Assembly: GCF_006345805.1 (NCBI RefSeq)
Contig: NC_042999.1
Coordinates: forward strand, 116,126,001-116,190,000
From: Octopus sinensis
Taxonomy: Eukaryota
DNA: 64,000 bases
Reading direction: 5' to 3'
The position numbers and the translations under genes were made by a program. This document shows, in pieces, positions 40,399 through 53,325 of this stretch; position 1 is the first letter of the stretch, and every line of letters starts with the position of its first letter. The notes beneath the pieces are model-generated. The model was not told the origin of the DNA and made no database searches. It saw nothing but the letters and a program-made list of their open reading frames with translations.

Positions 40399-41414
40399 AT
40401 AATAATATCATAAAATAATAATAATCCATGGGGTATGCTCTGTCAGTTATGTGAACAAGTATTCTGGATGATCCAATCAATGGAACAGCCTGTTTATGAA
40501 ATTAGCATGCAAATGGCTGAGCACTCCATGGATATGCATACTCTTAACATAGTTCTCTGGGAACTCCAGTGTGACACACCAAATGTGACAAAACTGGTCC
40601 TTTAAATCACAGGCACAGCCCATTTTTGCCAGCTGAGTGGACTAAAGCAACATAAAATAAAATGTCTTACTCAAGGATACAATGCATCATTAGGAATTGA
40701 ACTCACAACCTTACAATCTTGAGCCAAACACGCTAACCACTACACAGAACAGCGAGAATTCAAACAATTACGTTTCTATTTAATCTTAATATGGCAAATT
40801 CATCAGTGTTGTTTTTTATCATTGGAAAATGCCTCTTCCCTTTAGATGTGTGTTCATAACATGTATGATTCTCTGGTGTCAAGGTACTTTGAAATATTAT
40901 AATGTTTTGACCTTAGTGTGTGTCTCTTCAGTCAGAATAACAATTTAAGAAGAGTATGAGCCCTTTGTTTATAGAAACCAGCAAACAAATTATTTGCTGA
41001 TATGTGCTGATACCTGCCAAACAATAATGGAGTTGTGGTGGATGAGTGTCACTGTTCTGTAAGCACCCTATGAATTATTATTGTAACATTGCATGTATTT
41101 TTAAAATGTTTAGTCAAATATAGAAAAGTATTGCAGATTATCCTTTATTTTGTCAAGGCCCTTGAGACACTCAGTAGTGAGAAGGAAGTTATCCTCCAAC
41201 TGGAGACCTGAACTGAATACTTGTAACAGTGTGAATTCCACTGAAATGTATGCAAGGACCAGACAGTGGTGTTAAACCGAGTGACAGATTAATTCTACTG
41301 CTCATGCACTCAGACTGTAAACCGCTGAAACAAATACTGCAAGGCATTGCATCTGATGCTTTAACAACCCTCTGGTCTATTTTATTTTATGATGAAAAGG
41401 CATAGTTGACCTTG

Positions 41415-41714
41415 TGGAGGCACATGGCCTAGTGGTTAGAGCAGCGGACTCGTGGTTGAGGGATCGCGTGTTTGAATCTCAGACCGGGCGATGTGTGTGT
41501 TTATGAGCGAAACACCTAAGCTCCACGCAGCTCCAGCAGGAGGTAATGGCAAAACTTCTGCTGACTCTTTCGCCACATCTTTCTCTCACTCTTTCCTCCT
41601 GTATCTTGTAGCTCACCTGTGACGGACCGGCGTCCCGTCCAGGTGGGGAACCTATACACCAAGGAAACCGGGAAACCGGCCCTATGAGCCAGGTGTGGCT
41701 CGAGAAGGAACAAA
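41415..41714 (+). mobile_element. tRNA-derived SINE, 300 bp, with a perfect 14-bp TSD
   Basis: Head TGGCCTAGTGGTTAGAGC...GTGTTTGAATCTC. CATAGTTGACCTTG is duplicated at 41401-41414 and 41715-41728. Inserted inside an older minus-strand SINE-B copy. Confidence 0.88.
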
Positions 41715-43665
41715 CATAGTTGACCTTGGTGAAATTTGAACTCAGGGCACAGAAAGCTAGAATATATACTGCAATGCACTTTACTCTATGTTCTTAACAA
41801 CTCTACCAATTAGTTAATGATAAGATTATTTACTCATTATGCCATGAACTTCTACTGATATCACAAATTCTGCTGCTTCAAACTTCATGACACATCTCAG
41901 CATGAATCAAAATTGTTATCATCGTCCAGTGAATCATTTCTCAGTATTACCTTCAGTATTTTAAACTTTCAATGTACATCATCATCATACATATATTTGT
42001 GTAACTAAACCACTTTGCAGCTTCCCTTTTGTTCATATATTCATGGCTTTTACTTGCAGCCAACTTGGCATTTTTCGACAGTGGGGCAGTCTCAATGTGA
42101 CTGTTTGACCTACAAGACTTAGCAGCTAAATCTCTCTCAGATTACACTCCGCCATCTTCCAAGAGAGGAAGAACATATTGAATTATGTAATCTGATAGAA
42201 ATTGTCTGCAGACATGATGATCATGACTAGAATACTTTTGATCACAAGTCTGTGTGACAAAGGTTGGATATGAGGCTAAACAACCATAATGATCTTGACT
42301 TTTATAATGAGTCAGAGGATGAGATGTGGCAACTGTGATATTTAGAGGCCATTCCAGGCTAGTGAGATTGAGGTTGCTGATGTTCAGTTTAAACTTCTGG
42401 GTGGGGAGAAAATTCCAGTAGGGTGCAGTTCTATGAAGGAGGATTGGGCAATGTTGTTGGGGACTGAGGCACTGAAGAGGAGAAGAGAAAGTGGTGCTTC
42501 TGGTGGATTTTGTTGAAGATAGTACATAGTTAACAAATTGAGCAGAACAGTGTTTGAAGAAGCATAAGAAGATAAAAGTTTGTATCTGTAGACCTGTGAT
42601 TGCAGATTGTTTAAGAGTGAAACTAACTGGATAGCTTTTATTTTCTTATGCTTTGGTTGCCATACCGGCTTTATAACAATCTAGTTTCAAATGAAGATTG
42701 GATACGTGTTGCTGTTGTTTTTTGTTTAGCCCCAGGTCAGTCCTGATTGAACAAAACTATAGTCAAAGATGTTCTCAACCATATGGTCCTCAGTTCAGTC
42801 CTACTACATGACACCTTGGGCAAGTTTCTTCTGCTATAGCTCTATTATAGCTCTGAGTCAACTTAGAACTTGTGAGTAGATTTGGTAGATGGGAACTGAG
42901 AGAAGCATATCATATATGTGTGTATGTTTGTGTGTGTGCATGTGTGTGTGTGTGTGTTCTTTTGTTAGTGTGTGTACCCTTGTCTAAACATCATATGATG
43001 GTTTTAAGTAAGTGTCATCATCATACAAGTGAAATTTTTCATTTCCAGTTTTCTGTGAAAAGCATGCCTGGATTTGGGAAAGCAGGGGAGGATTGACAAC
43101 AGGAAAGGCATGTGGCCATAGGAAAATCTGTCTCAACAAACACTGTCTGACCCATGCAAGCATGAAAAAGTGAATGTTAGTTCGTGATAAGGATGGTTGC
43201 ACTAGTAAATATCAGTCTTACAGCAGGGCACCTTGGGCAAGTGTCCTCTACTATAGCCCCAGACTAACCAAAGCGTTTTGAATGGAATTAGTAGACAGAG
43301 ACAGAAAGAAGCTCATTGTGTGTATATACATATGTGTGTGTGTGTGTGTGTTTGTGTTTGTCACCCATCACTGCTTGACATTCAGTATTGATTTGTTTAT
43401 GTCCCTCTAACATAGCAGTTCAGCAGAAAGAGACTGATACAATAAGTACCAGTTATGGAATAAAATAAATACTAGAGCTGATTTATTTGACTAAATCCTT
43501 CAAAGTGTTGTCCCAGCATGGTCATAATCCTGTGACTGAAACAAATAAAAGACAAAATATTGTAAGAAAGAAAAGGAACTATTGTTTTTTAGCTCCTAAA
43601 TCTGCCCTGATCCAAGATGGTCCACCCATGACCATACTGTCATAATGTGCTTTGAATACATTATC

Positions 43666-44230
43666 TAATGACTCCTTTGTGATGATAAAGTGACATTTGA
43701 GGGAAATTTGGCTGTTATTTCTTCAAGTCAAGTGATCACCGAAGAACCTATTGCTGATGGTCTCTTTAACTCCAGGTAAAATCTGATCAAGTGGGTATAT
43801 ATAATTAAAGGCAATCCAGTTATGTCAATCCAGTCCTTTTTTTTTTTTTTTGTCTTTCATACTCCATTTGTCTTGCACTACATTAACCAATGTGTGCTTG
43901 TTGTTTAAAAACTGGAGATTTGGTTGCTATTTCTAGCAGGTCATGGTTTAATGACTCTTGTGATGATAAAGTGTCATTTGAGGGAAATTTGGCTGTTATA
44001 TCTTCAAGTCAAATGATCACCAAAGAACCTATTGCTGATGATCTTTTCAACTTCTTGTAAAACCTGATCAGGCAAGCCTATAAAATTAGAGACAATCCAG
44101 TTATGACAATCCAATCCTTTCCAGTGGGGGATTGTTTTTCTTTGGTACTCCCATTTATCTTGAACCACATCATCCAATGTGTTTGTTGTTTTAAGATTGG
44201 AGATTTGGTTGCTATTTCTAGCAGATCATG
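43666..44230. repeat. Older diverged tandem duplication, 283-bp period
   Basis: TAATGACTC..GTGATGATAAAGTG.CATTTGAGGGAAATTTGGCTG starts at 43666 and 43949, with many substitutions. Confidence 0.8.
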
Positions 44231-45282
44231 TGTCAGAAGATAGGCTGCTGTGAGCGGTGATGATGATGAAAATTATTATTGCTGTTGTTGTTGTTGTTGT
44301 CAGTTTAATGACAGTGTAGTGTCATGCTGCAGGGTTTAACCTAGTTCATGACACCAAGGTAAGTTTCATGGAAGGCAGGGAGGGAAAGGTGAGAGGATGT
44401 TTGTCATCACCGCACCTCCTGCATATGCTCTGAATGTAGGTAGGGAGGTCAGTATGTCTGTCTGTTTTTTTTATTGTTTTTTTAGTGGAATATATATATA
44501 TATATGTATATATACACATACACAATTCCCCTCCAACCTACACACACACTGCTCATCTTGTATGGTATACATACTTAATTCTCTCTCAGTATGTCACTTT
44601 GTATGATTCTTCTTCCTTTTTCTTTCCTCTTTTGCACTGTCATTATATCCTCTTTCTTTCTTTTCTCTCTCTCTCTCTCTCTCTGACTCCCTCTCTCTCT
44701 CATTGTATATTAGATATCTTTTAATATGTCTTGTTTCTCAACCTTTTCTTTAACCATCTCCATTATTCAAGAGTGTATTCTTTTATTCTTTTGCTTGTTT
44801 TAGTCGCTTGACTGTGGCCATGCTAGAGCACCGCCTTTAGTCAAACAAATCAATCCAAGGACTCATTCTTTGTAAGCCTACTACTTATTCTATCACTCAC
44901 TTTTGCCGAACTGTTAAGCTACGGGGGAAAGTTGTCAAGTGATTGTGGGTGGACAAACACAGACACACAAATATATACATACATACATACATATAAATCC
45001 TTAAATCCTTAAAAATGTTTCAGCCTGAAGGCTGCGGCCATGCTAGATGTATGTGTGTGTGTGTGTGTGTGTGTATGTATTATGTATGTATGTATACAAT
45101 GGGCTTGTTTCAGTTTCCATTTACCAAATCCCCTCACAAGGCTTTGGTTGGACCAAGGCTATATGAGAAGACACTTGCCGAAGGTATACAGTGAGACTGA
45201 ATCCGGAACCATGTGGTTGGGAAGCAAGCTTCTTATCACACAGCCATGCCTGCACATGTGCACACACATACCCACACACACA

Positions 45283-45318
<36 letters not shown>

Positions 45319-46453
45319 CACACACAACTTATATACACACACGCATAGATATTCACACAGACAGACAGACAATTGCATGCACACACACACACACACAAAC
45401 AGAGAGAGATTATAAATTAAAATAAATGCATAATGTAATATTATTCATGCAATCTAATCCCACCTCGGGTCTTTTAACTGAGAATAGCTTCCAATTTATA
45501 ACTAGCTTTTCATATGTGTGTGTGTGTGTGTGTAATGTGACCTTAGCGTCATAACCTATATATATATATACTGTCTCTGGTTCAAATTCTTTTGTCACAT
45601 GTATTTGTTATCTTGTATTTGAGTAACAGGGCAGCCAATGAAAATACTTCTTAACAAAGTAACTAATTAGCATTTATTTGATTTTATTGATTATTCTTCA
45701 GAACTAAAATATTACTTTTGAAGTTATGATTTGAAGGTGTCTTTTTTTCTTTGGTAAATAATGCCTGGACAATAACAGAACCAGTGACACATGAAATAAA
45801 TGACATATATAAAATTTTCCTTCTTACATTAACAACAACAAAAACAATGATAATAATGGTTCCAAATTTTGGTACAAGGCCAGAAATTTTGGGGAGTGGG
45901 TAAGTTTTTATTCTTTCTCTTATTCTTTTATTTGTTTCAGTCATTTGACTGCAGCCATGCTGGAGCACTGCCTTTAGTTGAACAAATTGACCCTAGGACT
46001 TATTTTTTGTCAGTCTCTGTTGCCAAACTGCTAAGTTATGGAGACATAAAAACACCAACATCAGTTGTCAAGCAATGGTGGGGGCACAGACACAGACACA
46101 CACACACACACACATACACACAACGGGCTTCTTTCAGTTTCTGTCTACCAAATCCACTCACAAGGCTTTGGTTGGCACGAGGCTATAGTAGAAGACACTT
46201 GTCCAAGCTGCCATGCAGTGGGACTGAACCCGGAACTATGTGGTTGGTACGCAAGTTACTTACCACACAGCCACTTCTGCACATAAGTTGAGTACATCGA
46301 CCTCAGTGCTCAGCTGGTACTTATTTTATTGACCCCAAAAGGATGAAAGGTAAAGTTGATTTCAATGGAATTTGAACTCAGACTGTTAAGACACAAAATG
46401 CCACTAAGAATTTTGCCCAGTGTGCTAATGATACTGCCAGCTCGCTGCCTTCC

Positions 46454-46494
<41 letters not shown>

Positions 46495-46497
46495 GAC

Positions 46498-46785
46498 AAT
46501 ATGAAAAGCGTGATGCAATTGCAATAGATGTTTTATTGGTTTTTAAATATTTTGACAGCTTTCCTGTCTTCGTTGAGTTCAAAATGAAAATTGATATATA
46601 AAAATTCAAAATTATAGAAATTCAAATTGAAAAATTTGTACGACGGCAATCTGTGTTCCCACATGGGAATAATTTTGAATTTTTATGTATCACTTTACAT
46701 TTTGAACTCGACAAAAACAAGCAAGCTGTCAAAATATTTAAAACCAATAAAATATCTATTGCAATTGCATTGCGCTCTTTGTATT
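46498..46785. repeat. Foldback element, arms of about 120 bp, between (AAT)n tracts
   Basis: GCAATTGCAATAGATGTTTTATTGGTTTTTAAATATTTTGACAGC pairs with GCTGTCAAAATATTTAAAACCAATAAAATATCTATTGCAATTGC. The ORF track shows near-identical peptides on opposite strands here. Confidence 0.82.
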
Positions 46786-46879
46786 TTTCTTTGTGAGGAG
46801 TTATGTCAATCCATTTAAAATAATATAATAATAATAATAATAATAGTAATAATAATATTAATAATAATAATAATAATGA

Positions 46880-47640
46880 TAACATAGCGTACGGGAATAC
46901 ATCAGCAGTAAAAGAAGAAACATGGCAGAATATTTGGTAAACAGCAAACAAGACCTGCTACAGTATGCTGCTAATGCAGAAGGATTTAACAAAAATGAAC
47001 TGGAAAGTGCTCATGAATTCTGATCAAGAACAGCCAACAAAATAGAAGAAACCCTACTCTGCATGGACTTACATAGCCAGTTCTACTGTGAAACCAATGA
47101 ATTTAAAGACCAGGAACCATCACGGAGGTGGCCTAAAAAAGAATACTCAAAGCTTAATCGTTGCTGCCCAGGACCAGGCATTGAATACCAATTCAGTGAA
47201 AAGGATACATATACCACACAAGTGCAACAAACCTCTGCAGAATGTATGGGAAGAGGGTTGAAAGCATGACTCACATTGTTTTGTGCTTGTGAAAGTCTTA
47301 TGCAGAAAGGGTACAAGCATAGACATGACAAGGTAGCCTAAAACCTCCACTGGCTACTATGCTGGTTATGGGTGTTGGTACCAACATACACTGAAAAAGG
47401 TAATGGATGAAAAATGGAAGGCAAAAATCCTCTGGGACTTTGACTTCCAGACAATATATTAGAGCACTGAAGGCTGCGTATGGTAACTTTTAGGAGGGAC
47501 AAACAAGAGAGCCTAATAATTCAATATATCATCATGAAAAAAGAGAAATGGTTGATAAATATGGGGACCTGAAAATTAAGGTCGCTAAGATGTGGCAGCT
47601 ACGAGAGTCAAACATAAAGGTTATCCCTATTATAAGCCTA
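46880..47640 (+). mobile_element. R4/Dong-type (RLE endonuclease) non-LTR retrotransposon, 3' ORF remnant
   Basis: SLIVAAQDQALNTNS, LCRMYGKRVESMTHIV (zinc knuckle), RHDKVA*NLHWLLC, AKILWDFDFQT and DKYGDLKIKVAKMW...KVIPII occur in the order expected for R2-superfamily RLE elements. Confidence 0.85.
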
Positions 47641-47989
47641 GCACTTATTAGACCGACAGAATAAGTGCTAGGCTTACAAAAAATAAGTCCTGGGGTCTGT
47701 TTGTTCAACTAAAGGCAGTGCTCCAGCATGGCTGCAGTCAATTTCCAGATTGGGTGTTTTTTCAATACCACCCAATCTGAAAAAAACATCTGTAAACTTT
47801 AGAAATATCTTACAATATAGGTGTATTGTAAAAGTCAGCTTTAATTGGAACATTACACGCATATTGCATAAAGTATTGTGTCTGAGGTCCTTGTTGTGAC
47901 TTGACAAACAGTACAAACCCCTGGTAGACACAATATCTTCAATAAACAACCTCACAATATTGTATACTGTGCGACATCTATAATAATAA

Positions 47990-48915
47990 TAATAATAATG
48001 GTTTCAAATTTTGGCAGAAGGCCACAAATTACAAGGGATGGGTTAAGTCAAGTATATTGACCCTAACATTCAACTAGTACTTCATTTTATCGACCCTGAA
48101 AGGATGAAAGGCAAAGTTGACCTCATCAGCATTTGAACTCAGAACGTAAAGTTAGAAGAAATCCCATTAAGCATTTTTCCCAGTGTGGTGACAATTCTGC
48201 AGCTCAGTGCCTGAATAATGATAATCCTTTCTACTTAAGGCACAAAGCCTGAAATTTGGTGGGAGGGGACTAGTTGATTACATCGACCCCAGTGTTTCAT
48301 TGGTATGTAATTTATCGACTCTGAAAGGATGAAAGGCAAAGTTGACCTCGGTGGAATTTGAACTCAGAACATAAAGAAGGATGAAATGCTGCCGAGCATT
48401 TTGTACAGCATGTTAATGATTCTGCCAGCTCACTGCCTAATAATAATAATAATAATAATAATGGTTTCAAATTTTGGCAGAAGGCCACAAATTACAAGGG
48501 ATGGGTTAAGTCAAGTATATTGACCCTAACATTCAACTAGTACTTCATTTTATCGACCCTGAAAGGATGAAAGGCAAAGTTGACCTCATCAGCATTTGAA
48601 CTCAGAACGTAAAGTTAGAAGAAATCCCATTAAGCATTTTTCCCAGTGTGGTGACAATTCTGCAGCTCAGTGCCTGAATAATGATAATCCTTTCTACTTA
48701 AGGCACAAAGCCTGAAATTTGGTGGGAGGGGACTAGTTGATTACATCGACCCCAGTGTTTCATTGGTATGTAATTTATCGACTCTGAAAGGATGAAAGGC
48801 AAAGTTGACCTCGGTGGAATTTGAACTCAGAACATAAAGAAGGATGAAATGCTGCCGAGCATTTTGTACAGCATGTTAATGATTCTGCCAGCTCACTGCC
48901 TTAATAATAATAATA
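47990..48915. repeat. Tandem duplication, 463-bp period, each unit made of two minus-strand SINE-B copies
   Basis: GTTTCAAATTTTGGCAGAAGGCC starts at 48001 and 48464. The units look identical by eye apart from (TAA)n length. Confidence 0.9.
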
Positions 48916-49199
48916 ATAATAATAATAATAGTAATGATGATTTCAAATTTTGCCACAAGGGCAGCCATTTTAGGATAGGGGATGAGTCAATTACATCGCC
49001 CCCAGTGTTTCACTGATACTTAATTTATCAACCCCAAAAGGATGAAAGGCAAAGTCGACCTCAATGGAATTTGAACTCAGAATGTGAAGACGGACAAAAT
49101 GCTGCTTAGCATTTTGCCTAATGTGTTAACAATTCTGCCTGGCTCAGCACCTTAACAACAATAATAATGATGATAGGAACTGAAAATTATTTGAGGATG

Positions 49200-50400
49200 A
49201 TCTCTGACTTATCAAGGGTGGATGGTAATCTAATTTTTGCTATGCCTTTCTAATTGTACTTCATTAATTCTGTCCAGAAAAAATAAGGCGTTGTCCCTAT
49301 ATAGACCTCCTGTTACTTTCAGAAAGGAAGACTGGATTAATGAAAGGATATATATTCCAACTAGGTCTGTAACATGTGCAGAGTCAGATGACCCCATTAC
49401 TATATCAAAAGTATTTTCCCTCTCTAATCTATTCCATAATCTACCATCAAAATCTACTAAAGTGGCTTGTGTGGCAAGTATTATATCTATTTTACGTTGG
49501 GGACAAACTAGAATTTCTCATACTATAAATTAGGGCTTTATTAAGGATGTCTGGGTTAATAGTGGCATAGCTCTCTATATCTAGTTGCAAGAATTTACTA
49601 TTCCTACTAATTTCTAGCTTAAGCCATCCAACCACTTCTTGGGTATCTAACCAAAGGGCTAATCTAATTTTGGACTTATGAGCAGGTATTATCCTGTCAA
49701 TGATTTTTTTTACTAACAATGCCTATATCAGATTTAGAAGGACAAATCAATGTAACTGAGGGGACTGTTAGAAAGGTAAGTTTATGGTCCTTCAGCATAA
49801 TCTGGGGTTTTCTAGGGACCTATGGCTTGGTTGTATCATCCATAGCTAAATCTCTAATTCATAACCGTTTTTTTTAATGTATTGTTTCTAGCGTGACTAT
49901 ATTTATTTACTGTGTAATTCCTTCCTAATCACAGACTCATATAACTCAACATCAACAATGTAAATATTACTTGTTTTGTCCATTGTACAAGTATTCCTGG
50001 AACTTTCTTGAAGTCAAGTAATTTTCTGATTTTCTGCTGATGTACATTGCACCTTCTAGGGTATTTCCTGAACTTCATGTTCTTAACTATACTAAATAAT
50101 TCCTCTTCAAATCTCGTTAAGCGTTGATTAGTCAGTAGGTTCCTCTTGGATTTGGAAAAAGTAGTTGTCATGCTCTTTCTGTGTATTGTTATTTTCATAG
50201 TATTATTTTTTGTTTACACTGGAGTAATAGTCACATATACCCCTGCTGTGTACGTGGGTTGGCATAAGAGAAATCTAGAGAGATCTGCAAACAGCAAAGG
50301 TAGGCCAGCAACAAATGAGTGTGTTGTTCAGGTGTTCAATCTTTAATTGATTTATGACTTCTTTGTCTAAGGAGAAGCCTATCCCTGTTATATCTACATG
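49200..50400 (-). mobile_element. Penelope-like retroelement ORF remnant (N-terminus plus RT core)
   Basis: Minus-strand pieces RFEEELFSIVKNMKFRK, KFLQLDIESYATINPDILNKAL and FDIVMGSSDSAHVTDLVGIYIL...GGLYRDNAL (YRDD-type catalytic motif), broken by frameshifts. Confidence 0.85.
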
Positions 50401-50647
50401 GGTTTATCTGTAAAAATACTAGAAGTGGAAGAGATCAGGTGGATTTCAGGGTGTGAGGGAGGTGGGGGAGGAGCATGACACATGAAAGGAATCCAGCTCT
50501 TCGCTTCTTTGTTTACGTTGTATTACACTCTTGTGTGTGCGTGTGTGTGTGTGTGTGCACACACGTTGTGTATGTTTTAGTATACATTTGAATTTGTGTA
50601 CACTTGTGTGTTTGTGTATAAATATGTATGTATGTATGTGTTGTGTG

Positions 50648-52730
50648 TGTGTGTGTGTGCACAAGATGAAAAGTGAAAGTTAAGATAGAAATCATCATCA
50701 TTATCATCATCATCATTGTCGTCCTCATCGTCATCATCATCATCATGGACCAGGGGGTTTCCCTGACTTCATATCCTTTATATACTTTATCTATATATAC
50801 TTTATCTACCAGGGTGCTGTTGATGCAGGTAGCTGGTCCATCAACTGGGTCAGCATTTGGCAGGCCCTCCTCATCTCATTCATTCTCCACTTTCAGCAGT
50901 CTTTCATAATGGCAACAAATCAGGTAAATGATCAACTGGACAATTCAACGATTCTCTGATTTACAGTTCAAATCTGGTGCTAAGTTACGGGGTGGTAAAC
51001 TCACCAGCATCGGTTGTCAAGCGATGGTGGGACAAACACAGACATACAAATACATACACATACACGCACACTTAAATTTTCTCAAAGAGGATTTGGGATT
51101 TGGCTTCTGTGATAGTTGTTGGTGGTGGAAACTGTATTGAATAGTACCTTTGTATAGAGGAAGAGTGACTCTACCAACTGTAATTTAAACAACCTACATC
51201 AATTAGTAAAACAATCAGACCCATATTTGCATTACTTTTTGAGAAAATACCCCACCACACACACATGCAACAATACATTGGGTAGTGAGAGGAAGAAATG
51301 TCTAGAGGAAATGTTGATTCTATAAGCCACAGTGCAGATCTGTAACTAGGGATAAAAATGGATACTGAGTATGGACTATTTAGTCCTACCACAGACAACC
51401 TTTGTATTGTCATTACCACAATAAAACAGCTCCATTCAACTTTGTAAAATGGGCAGTGATAAGAAGGGCATTCATCTATAAAAGGGGTTCACAGGTTTCC
51501 AGATGGCAAAACGACAGAATTTGAGATGTTATGCAAACATGGAAAAATGATGACAGTTGCAGCAGTGTGTCGATACTCATGCACTTCTCCAATATTCATT
51601 TTCATCTCATATGTATGTAATCAATCAGAGAAAAACAGCATGATGTAACATACATAGTGTATATATATGTGTGTGCGTGTGGTGTGTGTGTGTGCACAAG
51701 ATGAAAAGTGAAAGTTAAGATAGAAATCATCATCATTATCATCATCATCATTGTCGTCCTCATCGTCATCATCATCATCATGGACCAGGGGGTTTCCCTG
51801 ACTTCATATCCTTTATATACTTTATCTATATATACTTTATCTACCAGGGTGCTGTTGATGCAGGTAGCTGGTCCATCAACTGGGTCAGCATTTGGCAGGC
51901 CCTCCTCATCTCATTCATTCTCCACTTTCAGCAGTCTTTCATAATGGCAACAAATCAGGTAAATGATCAACTGGACAATTCAACGATTCTCTGATTTACA
52001 GTTCAAATCTGGTGCTAAGTTACGGGGGTGGTAAACTCACCAGCATCGGTTGTCAAGCGATGGTGGGACAAACACAGACATACAAATACATACACATACA
52101 CGCACACTTAAATTTTCTCAAAGAGGATTTGGGATTTGGCTTCTGTGATAGTTGTTGGTGGTGGAAACTGTATTGAATAGTACCTTTGTATAGAGGAAGA
52201 GTGACTCTACCAACTGTAATTTAAACAACCTACATCAATTAGTAAAACAATCAGACCCATATTTGCATTACTTTTTGAGAAAATACCCCACCACACACAC
52301 ATGCAACAATACATTGGGTAGTGAGAGGAAGAAATGTCTAGAGGAAATGTTGATTCTATAAGCCACAGTGCAGATCTGTAACTAGGGATAAAAATGGATA
52401 CTGAGTATGGACTATTTAGTCCTACCACAGACAACCTTTGTATTGTCATTACCACAATAAAACAGCTCCATTCAACTTTGTAAAATGGGCAGTGATAAGA
52501 AGGGCATTCATCTATAAAAGGGGTTCACAGGTTTCCAGATGGCAAAACGACAGAATTTGAGATGTTATGCAAACATGGAAAAATGATGACAGTTGCAGCA
52601 GTGTGTCGATACTCATGCACTTCTCCAATATTTCATTTTCATCTCATATGTATGTAATCAATCAGAGAAAAACAGCATGATGTAACATACATAGTGTATA
52701 TATATGTGTGTGCGTGTGGTGTGTGTGTGT
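50648..52730. repeat. Tandem duplication, about 1035-1037 bp period, bounded by (TG)n
   Basis: Identical ORF-track peptides at 50673/51708 (offset 1035) and 51171/52207 (offset 1036). The differences I saw are homopolymer indels (GGGG vs GGGGG, TT vs TTT). Confidence 0.92.
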
Positions 52731-52940
52731 TTGTGCGCGCATGCACATTATACATTTTCTTTTTCTTTTATGTTTACTTGTATATTATTATTTTTAATTA
52801 GGTGTGAAACATTTCCTGTAATAATTTCTTCTGCGTATCTGTAATAATTTCTTGTCTTCCAAATCCTCTCACAAGGCTTGGCAACTGGTGTTGTGTGTTT
52901 ACATCCCTGTAACTCAATGGTTTAGCAAAAGAAATTGAGA

Positions 52941-53325
52941 GGTGCAGGAGTGGCTGTGTCGTAAGTAGCTTGCTTACCAACCACATGGTTCTGGGTTCAG
53001 TTCCACTGCATAGCACCTTGGCCAAACGTCTTCTACTATAGCCTCGGGCTGACCAAAGCCTTGTGAGTGGATTTGGCAGACAGAAACTGAAAGAAGCCCG
53101 TTGTATATATGTATATATGTGTGTGTGTGTGTGTGTGTCCCAAACACTGCTTGATAACCGATGCTAGTGTGTTTACGTCCCTGTAACTTAGTGGTTCGGC
53201 AAAAGAATCTGATAGAATAAGTACTAGGCTTACAAAAAGAATAAGAAATGGGGTCGATTTGCTCGACTAAAGGTGGTGCTCCAGTATGGCTGCAGTCAAA
53301 TGACTGAAAGAAGTAAAAGAGTAAG
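52941..53325 (+). mobile_element. SINE family A (tRNA-like head, CORE-like ACCTTGGGCAAG segment, internal (TG)n)
   Basis: GGTGCAGGAGTGGCTGTG..GTAAG...GGGTTCAGTTCC...GGAAACTGAAAGAAGCCCG. Other + copies at about 2570-2910, 5455-5620, 39185-39420, 43205-43560, 54330-54700, 55912-56270 and 59865-60230. Other - copies at about 170-320, 7085-7270, 22812-23200, 44780-45255, 45920-46282 and 53455-53620. Confidence 0.82.

Noticed and set aside
42548-42570. GTGTTTGAAGAAGCA (VFEEA) as the last PUDP exon
   Set aside because: Followed at once by a stop, has no acceptor context, and lies in a LINE-like remnant. No CLVFEDxxxG exon was found in the window.
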